Part shown: piece by piece, positions 12,560 to 24,036 of the stretch
How positions within the stretch are numbered: the stretch's first letter is position 1
How the letters are laid out: every line of letters begins with the position of its first letter
Source of the DNA: Ramazzottius varieornatus
Lineage: Eukaryota; Animalia; Tardigrada
Direction: 5' to 3'
DNA: 64,000 nucleotides
Assembly (NCBI GenBank): GCA_001949185.1
Contig: BDGG01000007.1
Location: forward strand, 248,001-312,000
Notes under the pieces: model-generated
What the model was told of the DNA's origin: nothing
Database searches by the model: none
Seen by the model: only the letters and a program-made list of their open reading frames with translations
Made by a program: the position numbers and the translations under genes

Positions 12560-13754
12560 AGTCAAAGTGCAGTTCGGTATGGTGTATTGAGCCGTGGCGG
12601 CCAAGTTATCCGTTCCTCATGCTGAATCTGTTGAGACGTCCTAAAGTGGGCTTTTCGAAAAACCGCTTCAGTTAAAGGTCTCGTATTCAGCATCGGAATA
12701 CGAAGTTAAGGTGGATGGCATTTGGAAAGGCTTTCTTGATTGTGGTCCAGAGGAAGATTGTTTTCACGATGGCACAAAGCTTTTTATGTTGGTTCTACTG
12801 CACAACTATCTTATGTCTTTACTTCGCGCGGCGGAATTTTGTATTTTGTGGTCGTTATATTTTAATGATTAATCTCGCTGATATCGGCGAGTCTACGAGC
12901 AACGTTTTTTAAAATCGATGCTGCCTGCTTAAGCATTGTTACCCGCTTTTCTCCCTGACGAGTTGCCGAAGTACTCGTACTGTGTTGAATCGAGTCATTT
13001 GTCACGGCTCGGTCCGTGGCCGGGTTTGTAGTTTGTACGAGAATTCTTCGACCGGTGTCGCGGGTGCGCAACGTACGGTTAACGTTTCTTCAGTTAATTT
13101 TGGGGATGATCGACAGCAATATTTAGACGGGCCGCGAATTTCTTTTTTTGTAACACAGTACAGTATTTTGGGGGTACCCGGTAAGTCAAAGTATTGTGTT
13201 TCTAATTGGCATTAATTTTGGAAGTGCCGTAATACTCGGACCGAACCCATTCATAAGTTGTCAGAAGTCTGCTTTTGGGCTCAATTGCGAGCCACCTCAC
13301 AGAGTAGTGCAAAAACCCCTGGGATGTCTGCTTCCTTTTAGAACTTGGAACAATACTTTCAAGGTTCGACAATTGGGCATCTGAAAGGAAATGGTCGCTG
13401 TAGAGGCTAGGCACTGGCCGGAGGGCGTTGTTGTTCGCCAGCGCCTTCATCGATTATCTATACATCCAAGTTCACTATGGTCGTTCTTGCGCACCTGAAA
13501 CTGTATCTGCTGAGTTACAAGTACCCTAATCCCGCATATCTGCTCGGGATATCACGTTTAGTGCCATTTATTACCGTTATCAATTGTGTTGTGTCATCTG
13601 ACTCGGAAGTTTTTGCTGGTAATGGAACGGTCGGAGTTTTTACGCGATATCGATTATATCACTGACACTGTGTGCTGATGTTTTACAGGACCTGGTTATG
13701 ACCGTCCTGCACGATTGATAGTAAATCGGGATCAACCTAGACAACGGAAGATCG

Positions 13755-16248
13755 ATGGCCACCAAATCCGAATTTGTGGGAAAAAGTCAGCCTATAGTTC
13801 GAGATGGAGACGGATCTCATTCAACGCGGATAACCAGCAATGGCAGCCCGAAAAGCTCCCTCAAAGGTATGGACGCTACCGCCAAATTCATCTAACGTCA
13901 GTGTTCGATATATTCATAACGGAACGACGTTGAGTCGTTCTTTTTTATAGAAGCAATTGAGATGGGTCGTCTGGATGACAGAAAAGATTCCCGGGAGGAT
14001 ATAAGCCATGGCCAAGTCTCGTCGACGGAATACACAAACGGGCATGCCAGTACCGGACCCGGAAGTATGAGCCTGACCGTTCAACTGCATTCTGATTTGC
14101 GACATTTTGCAAGTGCCAGAACTCTTACACCCACAGCGTTTTTATTCATCAGTGTCTTCTCCACAAACAACCCGATTAGCGTTTATTCGACGTCTTCAGA
14201 ATGCAGTGCTGGCCAAAAACTCGACAGTTCCTCCAGCGGCCGCCAGTCGCTGGCAGCGGATCAAGTACACCTTGCTCTGCCCTCCCCATGGGAAACTGGC
14301 CTACAACCTCACCAAAGTTCTCGTTGTGACACTCTTGTTCCTGACCTTCGTGGCAATGTTGGGCGACGAAGCCAGGCCGGGTGGAAATTTCTGGGGGCTT
14401 TTGCTCGTCACCATATGCGCCTGCGTCGGCGAGCAGATCGCCAAAACGATCCGCCTTCCTGGCTTACTCGGTACAGACCAGACATTCGCACCTTTTCATC
14501 GGTGCTCCATCAGACTTATATTTTCCTCATTTACAGGTATGTTGGTGGCGGGCTTTCTCCTCCAGAACGTCCCAGGCATCCGAGTGGCAGCCGCCATTCG
14601 TCCAGCATGGTCTTCGGCTCTTCGTTCCATCGCCCTCGTCATCATTCTGATTCGAGGTGGTCTCGGTCTGGATATCATCGTCCTGAAGAAACTCAGTCGA
14701 GGTGTAGCTCTGCTAGCCTTCCTTCCTTCTACCGTCGAGAGTGTGGTGGTCGGCGTGGTTGCTCACTTCTTGTTGCATTTCGACTGGCTGTGGTACGTGG
14801 CTCGGTCACCAATACTCTTTGTTTCTTCAGTCTGCGATTCGTCTGTATTCTTGGTAGGGCTTTCGTCCTTGGGTATCTGCTGACGGCAGTGTCTCCAGCC
14901 GTACTGGTCCCGAATATGCTACATCTGCAAGAGATTGGACTGGGTGTGGAGCGGGGAGTGCCGACGTTGCTGGTGGCGGCCTCCAGCGTGGAAAACGTCT
15001 ATGCTATCCAGGTTTTCAGCGTTCTTCTCAGCGTCGGATTCTCGACAAGTACGGCATATGTAGCAAGAAGATAGCTTCGTTTGCAGAGCTACAGTTATTT
15101 TCCATTTCCTACCCTAGCTAGTTTGACAATGCAAATCCTCCAAGCCCCCATCGAGATCACCATTGCACTAGTCTACGGAAGTATCGTGGGATACAGCCTG
15201 TGGTACTTTCCAGACTACACCCATGTACGTATGCGTGATAATGAGTAATGGCCGTCGTAGAAAAACACCGAATTTTTGAAGTCTTGATATTCTTGCAGGT
15301 CGTTAGGTTATGTAACTGTAGAGCCTCTCGTTCTAAATATATATCCAAATTAAAAGCTGATTATTTGTGCATCGTTTTTCCAGCCAAGCAGACAAGCCTA
15401 CAGGTTCGTCCTGCTTCTCGCAGCCGGCATGACTGCAGTTTTTGGAGGCAATACCCTCAAGTATTCCGGCGCTGGTCCTCTAGCCTGTGTCATCACGGCT
15501 TTCACCGCCGGGTATCGGTGGCGTATCCAGGATGCTGCCGCGCACAAGGCCACGGCCACCGACATGAGCAAGCTGTGGCGGTACTTTCAGCCGGTTCTTT
15601 TCGGCCTAGTTGGTGCTTCGGTGTCGCTGTCACGAATCAAAGGCGACACAGTGGGACTGGGCATCGCACTCATCTTCATTGGGCTTGCCGCTCGATGTTT
15701 GTGCACACCGATTGCTGTTCGGGCGGTGGGTCTCAACTGGAGAGAGATCGCCTTCTCGACGATCGCGTGGTCCCCGAAAGCTACGGTTCAAGCAACGTTT
15801 GGTGCCAAAGTTTTTGACTATACCACACTGGCTTTAGCCGAGAGCGCTGGTCAGAACAAGGATGCGCACCTGTTACAGATACAGCAATTCGGAGTTCAGG
15901 TAAAGCGAGTCTGGCCAGACTTATATGCATGGGCTATCCGCTATGGCGAAAGGTCAAAGGTCACCTGTTTTGCTGCGGTATGTTTTCGTATGGTTTTTGC
16001 AGATGTTAACCATAGCAGTATTATGCATTGTGATAACAGCACCGATTGGGGCACTGGGGATCACCCTTTTGCAAGACCGGCTGCTGACCAAATCGGTTCC
16101 ACCTGTCTCTCTGGAGGAAGGTGTGAACAGCGGACCGGACTTGCTGGATCAGCAGAGAGAGAAAGGAGGAAAAGACACTGACAGAAGAATAGCTCTGACA
16201 GCATCCACAGCACAATCGGATGTTTTTCTTCACACAGTAAAGTGCTAG
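13755..16248 (+). CDS. SLC9B/NHA: Na+/H+ antiporter of the SLC9B (NHA1/NHA2) family
   Basis: LPGLLGMLVAGFLLQN, WSSALRSIALVIILIRGGLGLD, AVSPAVLVPNM, GVPTLLVAASSVENV, FQPVLFGLVGA, AWSPKATVQA, ITAPIGA. Confidence 0.93.
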
Positions 16249-17149
16249 ATTTCACTTTAACTTTCACTTTAATTCTAACTTTCTACGGTCCTCAGTTTTC
16301 ATTCCGCTTACAACCAACATCCTATTGGCTGATATCCAGCTTCACGGTCGTACTGGCTGTACATCTAATCTTCAAGGGTGAGCACGCAGCCGGAGAACTC
16401 CAAAACCATTCCCATGGAAAGTCGGAGCTGGATACAGTGGCAGTAGCGTGGACGTCAATGTGGGACGCGGTATGCCGTCCAGCGATCCCACATTGATTTC
16501 CCGCCACCTTGCGACCACATAAGTCACTTTGACATCCCATATTGAATTTTCTTCCGCATGGTTCCTTTCCAGTCTTATCCCATACTGATTTCAACTCTTA
16601 TTGTTGCGCTGTAAATCCCACATTGCTTTCGGTGACCCGATTTGATGATGTCAGAGTTCCCATATTAATTTCCAAAGTACTCCCAGCCTCACCAGATCCC
16701 CAACTGCAACCCTGTTAGTCCCATGCCTAATTGACCACGTCCATTTCACTACGTCACGAATCCCACATTGGAATTTTTTTGAGATCCGCAGCCTAATCTC
16801 CCTCATCAACAACAACGGTGGACCCAGTATACAGTGCTGCCACCTCTCGTACATGACATCCTGTATCCCACGTTGAATAACATGGTATGGTCTGACTACA
16901 GGCTCCCACATTAGACCCACAGTCCCAAGCCATTTGAAGAGTTAGCTTGTCCCGCGCAGCGGGAACGTTCATCGCTGTCGGCGCTTCAGCCGACAGCGAT
17001 GAAGGTTCCCGCTGCGCGCAACAAGCGAAATATTCACGACTACCACCTCGTATACCAGCAGCAAGCTGGCAAGATTCTGCCACTGGTTCGAACCGTCTGA
17101 CGAGACTTACCATTCTTTATTTCCGATTTTTCTCGAGAAAGAATTCAAG

Positions 17150-17560
17150 ATAGCGTCTTGCGAGCTTGACACGACCCTGTTCCTAAATGCCCTGAATGAA
17201 TACATGACTGAGCTGATGCGACGAGAAACAAGAAACCAGTACAAGCTAATCAATACTACAAACGAACGCATCATGCTGATCCAGTACCCGACCCAATACG
17301 CCGGATCATCCTTCCTAGAATCTAGCGAGACCGAATCGGACATTGGTGAGCCAGAGGAAGGAGGTTCACGCAAACGGAAACGAAAGTCAAAGTTCGTGGC
17401 CAAGGCGGGTGACAAGGGAAAGATGGCGAGGGTCAACAAAATCTTGAAGCTGAACGCCGACGGTCGCACCGTCAAACTGCCGAAGACCGGCAGCGCATTC
17501 TGTCTCTCCATGACAGCAGCGACGATGATAAGAAAGCGTAGTTCCTGTAAAGAGCCGGCA
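17150..17560 (+). other. Orphan coding-like exon (acidic patch + basic NLS-like RKRKRK), family unknown
   Basis: Long open frame in ORF 17204-17659 with natural-looking composition. No family recognised. Confidence 0.35.
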
Positions 17561-17805
17561 GTTTCAGTCGATTGTTTTTCAAGCGTTTCAATTCTTCTTA
17601 TAGCTCTTTCTGAGCCATTTGAAGCTCTGTCTTGTTTTAAAATTCTTAACTTGTTCTGAATTAATTTGAAGTACCCAGCTTCTCTTGTTGTTCAACGTAC
17701 GCTCAAGTCGGATCTTGTCGGTCATTTTCACTTAGTTTATTCTCGACTGAGACCTTAGGTGTACTTGTGGTAAATCCCCCCCCCCCCCCTTGGCGGAATT
17801 TTTCT

Positions 17806-17855
17806 NNNNNNNNNNNNNNNNNNNNNNNNNNNNNNNNNNNNNNNNNNNNNNNNNN
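17806..17855. other. Assembly gap flanked on both sides by poly-C + TTG(G/T)CGGAATTTTTCT
   Basis: Run of N with a near-identical motif on each side. Confidence 0.95.
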
Positions 17856-19995
17856 CCCCCCCCCCCCTTGTCGGAATTTTTCTGTCGGTTGCTTGATCGG
17901 TCTATTTTTTGTCCATCTTCTGTTATTATCAAATTCGTTATTGTTGCAGGCTTGTGGTCTGTTTGATTGATCCTCAGTTTTAATAGTGCGCAGTCATGTT
18001 TCGGTGGTTTATAACAATAGGCAGACAATAGCACGGCAGCAATAGAAACAGTGCGGTCAAGCTAACGGTATTACTGTAGTTATACCCCGAATCCTGAACG
18101 GGTTGGACCATGTGGACCAGAGCCGTTCCACCTCTGCAACTGAAAGGCCTTTACGCAGGAAATCATTAATCTATCGTTATGGATGTGAACATGAGTAATG
18201 TGCGTTCAAGAAACAGGTTCGAAAGTGATCGGGGTATGGAACAAAAGCTCCACCAGATAGGTTTTCGCGTTAGCTATGGGTACCTTACTCAGAAGTTCTT
18301 TGATGCTGTCTCATCGCCGGACCGCCGTAGACTGCATTGCGGCACCAATATGGGATCGTCCCACATTAAACCACCTCATCCTTACGCTGCGATCCACCTT
18401 TAGCTTTCAGTGCGTATTTAAAAGTGGATCAATGTGGGATCATCTGGTCCCATATTGTTTCCTGCCTGAATTACACCCTGGAAGCGGCAAACGTCGGTAA
18501 TGTGGGGTTGCGGTGGAAGCCAAAGGGGACATTTTTCCAACAATTGTCAGGATAAGGTCACTGATATCGAACCATTCGACTCCGTGCCTTGAGTAAGGGT
18601 TGCCCGGTGATGGATCCTCTTCGATCGTATGTTCTCGAGGAGGGAGAAGCGGAAGTATACTTTGCAGAGTTGTTGTGCTTGGGTTGAGAGTTCGCGCGAC
18701 CTACTTGGACAACGGATAGCGGTGGTCTTTCGGCGAGCCTGACAGGACTGCTGCCGCTGCGGAATTCCGGTGGTGGTCGCCGAGCTGAGCTATCTGACAA
18801 TAAGTACCAGTTACCTTTTCTGTTCTTACCACGATACCTGGGTGTCAAAACAAGGACAAAACCCTGGTCTTTCAAACAGAACAGTTATCGAGGTACCATC
18901 AAGAACAGCTTCCCGGCTTAAAAACTTTCGGGAAGACTTTTGCGGACGCGAATTTCTATAAGTCGATGGCGATCATCAATTCGTCTCCATGTCAAAAAAT
19001 AGCCAAAGGTATGATCTCACTGCAAAATCTGTCCGAAACGTTTCAACCACAAAAACAGGTTCACATGCAGAACCGATTCACTGCGACACACGTCGACAGC
19101 TTCGTTCAGTTTGTAGCGCTTCAGCAAAAAAACTTTTCGGCCGGACCAAAGCGTCAGATCGACTCAGGATTGGGTGATGATATACTGCAGCTAGTATTCT
19201 ACCTTGGGAACAAGCCAATTCGCGATTTTATTGACAACAGACTTCGCGATGTCACTGTTTCGGAAGGCGAAGATTACCGGGAAAATCGGTGAAACGGCAG
19301 TTTCAAGCAAGCTTTTCCTACGGGCTATTTTTGCGAGCTTTCCTTTCAATTTAGCTGGAGAGAACAAGCTTTTCTGCGTGGTCACTGATGGTGCTGGAGC
19401 TTGTCGAGTTCCTGACTGGGTTTCCAGCTGCTGTTTTCTAACAGGCGTTTCGGATCTCCTTTCGAATTACGTAGGGATTCTCTTTTGAAGCTCGACTTTG
19501 GTGGATCGACTGAAAAGATATGGGAAACAAGGAACGACTATCTGGTAGACCGTATAAAAAAAGAGAAACTCGATTGAAAGAAACGGTGAATTTTTCTAAG
19601 GAAAAGAGCCAAGGGGACCACTTTGCTGTAACAGACTGTACGGATTCCTTTCCGATTCGAGAAGAAATTAGGAATGGTTCTTGGATACAACCATGCCTCA
19701 AATTAAAGAATGCCGCACGGTACGAAATTCACACGACGTACGATACAACACGAAGTATGAACTAGAAAAAGGAAATCAAAAAGCGACGTATTCAGAAAAG
19801 AACCACAAAGTGATCGCGACCTAGATCCCACGAACGTAAAATTAATCGGCCCTTTTCGCAAGACCAGAGTCGACGTCGGACTCAAGGAAAACATCAGCCC
19901 ATTCACGGTACCAGCCGAAAACCTAGTGTAGAAAGAGCAGCATCGCCGCACTAGTTCAGAGTAAAGCGGTGGAAAGATTGTAGAGACGTACCGCA

Positions 19996-22900
19996 CTACA
20001 TGAAAAATGGCGAGTGCTTGAGGGATTCGTCAGCAACACAGTCGGCACCCGAATAGACCGTTGCAGTATGGTGAGCGTTTTTCCGAGCATTGACCACAAG
20101 GGCTGTGTGTGTGTGCTTTCCCTAAAAACAAATTAAGCATGGAAACTTCAACATCTTTCTTCGGTTCGTTATACCATCATACTGCATTCACCTACGCTTT
20201 TGTTCATGTACATAAAGCTGTTTTGAAAAGAAAAGTCCGCCAAGACTCTGACTCCGACATCGCTTTGGTCGATCACCACTCGGAAAAATGGTGCCTCGAG
20301 CTTCCCTGCGTTCTTTGGAATCACCCAGAAACACACCTCGCCACTGCCAAAGCAAAGCGCTTCTGTTGAATCCACAAAATGAGATTACAAAATAAGTGAG
20401 AACGGCACAGTTGATGCTTACCTTTCTTCACAGACGACCAGCGAATACCCTTCGGCGGTATCAGTGGCGGTCTTGACTTTTTCGAAGGACCTGACGCCAT
20501 ATTCTACAACATACGTCAAGGCAATGTCGAGACCTTGTTCCTTCAGTCTGCGGAAAATTGCGGGAATTTCGGCAGTTCTAATGGCGACTTCTTGGCCATG
20601 AGTCACTGCACCACGAAAGACCAGTAGGTTCCGTGGTAAACGACCATCATTTTTTGAGGCATACGCCGCCAAAGCTTCTGTCAAATATACATACGTAAGA
20701 TAAGTTGTCTCGTACTACGTTTCGATCACTCAAGGTGTATCGAAATGGTGAACAACGTCAAAAAGAATTTCAGGACGGAGTCTTTACGAACCTTGCAAAA
20801 GATCGCACACAGAGTCGACAACTTCCATGTCACTGGTGACCAGCTGCTGACTGTTGAATGTTTCGGAGAAGCCATTCTCGGTAGTCGCGCAGGACTTGGT
20901 GGTTCTTCAAACAGGGGCCGATGCATCTTGAATATGCCGACCGCCATTGTCTGCGTCTTGAAATTATTCTGCAACATCACACAAACCTTATCAGTCATTA
21001 AGAATTCGGATATTGATAACGAACTCCTTTATATCATCAGTGTCACCAGTTAGCATACCAGTTAGCATACCATTTGGACCTGTCTAGGAATTCCGGAGAG
21101 CTTCGATATGATTTGAGCCATAACATTAGGCACTACGATGTTACGTTGCTTCCTGACGTCCATGATGTTGACGTCAAGAAAAACTTGACTAGGGACTACG
21201 ATGGGTACAGCGTTAGAGGCACGTCGAACATAGTATCAAACTTGCAGTAGAACAACCAACATACTTGCAACCATTCGAAGAGTGGCGTCCTTCAACAATT
21301 GGTAGCGTTTCTTATTGTCGTCGTCACTGGGATTAATGTACAGTATCTATTCACAATAAATTCAAGTTACTTCATCCTGTATCCACAGCACGTAATTATA
21401 ATGGTTTACCGTAAAGGACAAAAGCTCTTACCAATTTGACGTGTCGAGTTTCACAAAGTTGCTTCCAGAGAGACTTGCGGAACAATTCGGTGCCCGCCAT
21501 TTGGAACCTGTAATAAAGTGGGCATGAGTCTAAGACAATACTTCAATGGACGTCAAGCCAATACAGGAGGTCATAATACCTACAGAATGGGTCTGCCGAA
21601 GTGGCAGCCCCGTTTGTGAGCTCCTTCTGCAAAGCTTGGACGAAGCCGCCCACCAGTCACTCTTCAGCATCCAACCGGACAGCTTTGTGCGAAGAAGAGG
21701 CCAGAGCTTCCAGAGTACCACATTGAAAATTCTCCTCTTCATCGAGGTCGTCTGCGGCATCGATTGTGACCTACAACGACAGTTACTCTGAAAACATTTA
21801 CAAATCGCAAACTTGACTGTAAACCGTGAAAAAAGCTTACTGTTTTGTCTTGCTGTTGGATTCTGACAGCCGACGAAAACGGCAGAGATGCGATGACACT
21901 TGCACCAGTGGAAGGAGCTACTGCGGCGGCGGCGGCAGCGAGGCCTCTGATTTTACGCCGTTCCCTAAAAACAAGCATCTTTTTCCAGCCAGTATTGCCG
22001 ACAGTTACAATGCACAGTATGTACTCGTACACAAAGGTATTCAGGATGTCGGCCAATCATTGCAGCCCAATCGTAAGCTCAAGTGGCGCACGTTTACATT
22101 GTTAGTAGCGGCTGGTATGCGCCACTTGGGCAAGGACCTGCGTGGATTCATTTGCCAACGGCCAATTTTGTCGTGTACCTCAGCGTATTGAAGAAGCTGC
22201 GTGTGGCCGAAAATTCTGCGTCGACATTTAACGGTGCTGCAGGTGTAAATGACGCGCCGCCGTCGAGAAGCTTCGTTCCGTACAGCAGACAAAATTGCGG
22301 ACCAAAGAAGCGAGGTCCGCCGTGGGTTTGACAGGTCGGTTGGTAATGAGTAAGGCTTTGAGGATTGGCTGCTTGATGTCAATAGGAACAGTAATATTTT
22401 TCTTCTTGTCCTCGGGAAGAGTACCTTACAGTACAGTTCTAGGAAGACGTATACGATGTAGGTAGACAAGATTACCCCCAAGAGCCACTGCTGATAGGTT
22501 TTCCCCCGCGCGAACGACGGTTTGATCAGCGGACTCAGCTCAAAGTCGATGCCTTGCACGATGTAAAAACAATCGTTGTACCTTAAAACAAGAGCGGAGA
22601 TATTATAACATCTTGAGAAGTAGTACGGCCAGAAACTAATGTTCTATACTGCTTGATAAACTTACGAAGTTCTCACAATGCAGCCTTCCAAAGCCGCTGG
22701 TATTTTTCCCTTCGCATCTTCGGTTAATAATGGAAAAATGACGGCAAAATTCGGAAAAATGTCCTGCATCATTTTCAAAGCTGTCTTGTTGCAGTTGGAC
22801 AAGAAATCGTGGTAAGCTGGAGTAAGCGATGAAAAAGAAAGTCGCATCAGAATTTACAGTACTTACTGTGGAACAAGGTTTGTTACATCGAGTCCACTGA

Positions 22901-23519
22901 CGCGACGGGATATGGCTGGAGGAACCACTCTTCCGACTGGCTATCCAGCATCGTCAGCTCTCATGACGCTGGTGGCTGGGAGGCTGTTGGGAACTGGTGC
23001 AGGGCTACTGAAGTCAGGTCGTGGTACACGACGTCTCAAGCTGTGGTACGGTCGGCTCAGCCCCGAATCTTGCGTGGTGGAGCTGGAAGGTGGGGACGAA
23101 GGGGTACGACGAGATGTTCCAGTGATACCGCACGCCTTCTCTTCCAACAGGTCGCGGATGAATGACGCACCATCCGGATGCTCGCTTGAGGGTCCAGAAG
23201 ACCAAGGCCGTTCACTGGACGTGTCCGAAAAGTCCTCCTCAACGTTAGTGGTGGTCGAAGGGCTGACGCTGATGGGAAATGATCTACTGACTTCTCTCTC
23301 GAAGCATTCTGCAAAGGAAAGTGACGCGCATCTAGGAATGACGCATTTCCTGGACACCTTCTCCTCGAATTTTGCTCGGTAAGGTACACGCGTAAAGTAA
23401 CTTGTAGTTTCGACGCACCTCCTGACGATGTTCCGAACAAAACTCTGGCCTTCCTCTGCTTCGCCCAGTCCCTTGTCCTCGGAGTGCTCCATCGTGAAAC
23501 TCCTCTGCTGCAGTTCCAA
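19996..23519 (-). pseudogene. Highly divergent Piwi/Argonaute-family gene with catalytic residues lost; probably a pseudogene
   Basis: PAZ-like YNDCFYIVQGIDFELSP. MID-like VPSQVF..NVMAQIISKLSG. PIWI-like TMAVGIFKMH, EALAAYASKNDGRLPRNLLVFRGAVTHGQ, CFWVIP..FFRVVIDQS..FSFQNSFMYMN, and a spliced C-terminus ..NARKNA..SLKHSPFFM*. Apparent in-frame stops near 22941 and 21657. The 5' end is uncertain. Confidence 0.78.
22078..22131. repeat. Palindromic element core in the Piwi-like locus (presumed intron)
   Basis: ctcaagtggcgcacg..tatgcgccacttggg. Confidence 0.85.
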
Positions 23520-24036
23520 AGCCTGACGACAAACAATTCAGGTCCACTCGATATACCGGAAGAAAATCTTCTCCTTTACGGGATGCTACAGAGGATCGGC
23601 GACAAACAATCTAAGCAAACGTTGCGCAAACACCAGAACATCTGGAGCTGGCGCTTGGTCATTGCGAAACAGCAGGCCGGTGTGAAGTGTGAACAATGAG
23701 ACCTGTTGCTGGATGACATCACAAATGCCCTAGTATCCACAAAGAAGCACAATGGAACAAGTCGCAAGCTTGTTGCACGCCATGTCAACCGATCGAACCC
23801 CGACGGAAGCAGCATTTTTAACTTCTCTTGCACAAACGAGAATCATAAAGTTTTCAGAGCAAAATTCTTATGGCTGCACAATTGTTTCCAAGAAACAATT
23901 CAACCAGGATTCTCTTCCAATTTCTTAAGATGAAAACAATTTAACTTTCTCAGAAGAAACATAGTTCAACATTCCAAAGCACTTCAGATGAACAAACATC
24001 TGATGAAAAATTAGTCTGAAAGAGAAAAGTGTACCG

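Noticed and set aside
13962-15074. 370-aa ORF and other long overlapping or antisense ORFs over NHA, SmB, the RRM gene and NF1
   Set aside because: These are alternate-frame or intron read-through products of GC-rich or low-complexity coding sequence.
17770-17885. Poly-C duplicated motif as a G-quadruplex or tandem repeat locus
   Set aside because: It flanks the N gap and may be a contig-overlap artefact; this cannot be resolved from the sequence.
21047-21072. 12-bp tandem duplication CAGTTAGCATAC at a Piwi-like splice donor (also a 17-bp duplication near 36549-36583)
   Set aside because: Simple local slippage with no evidence of function.
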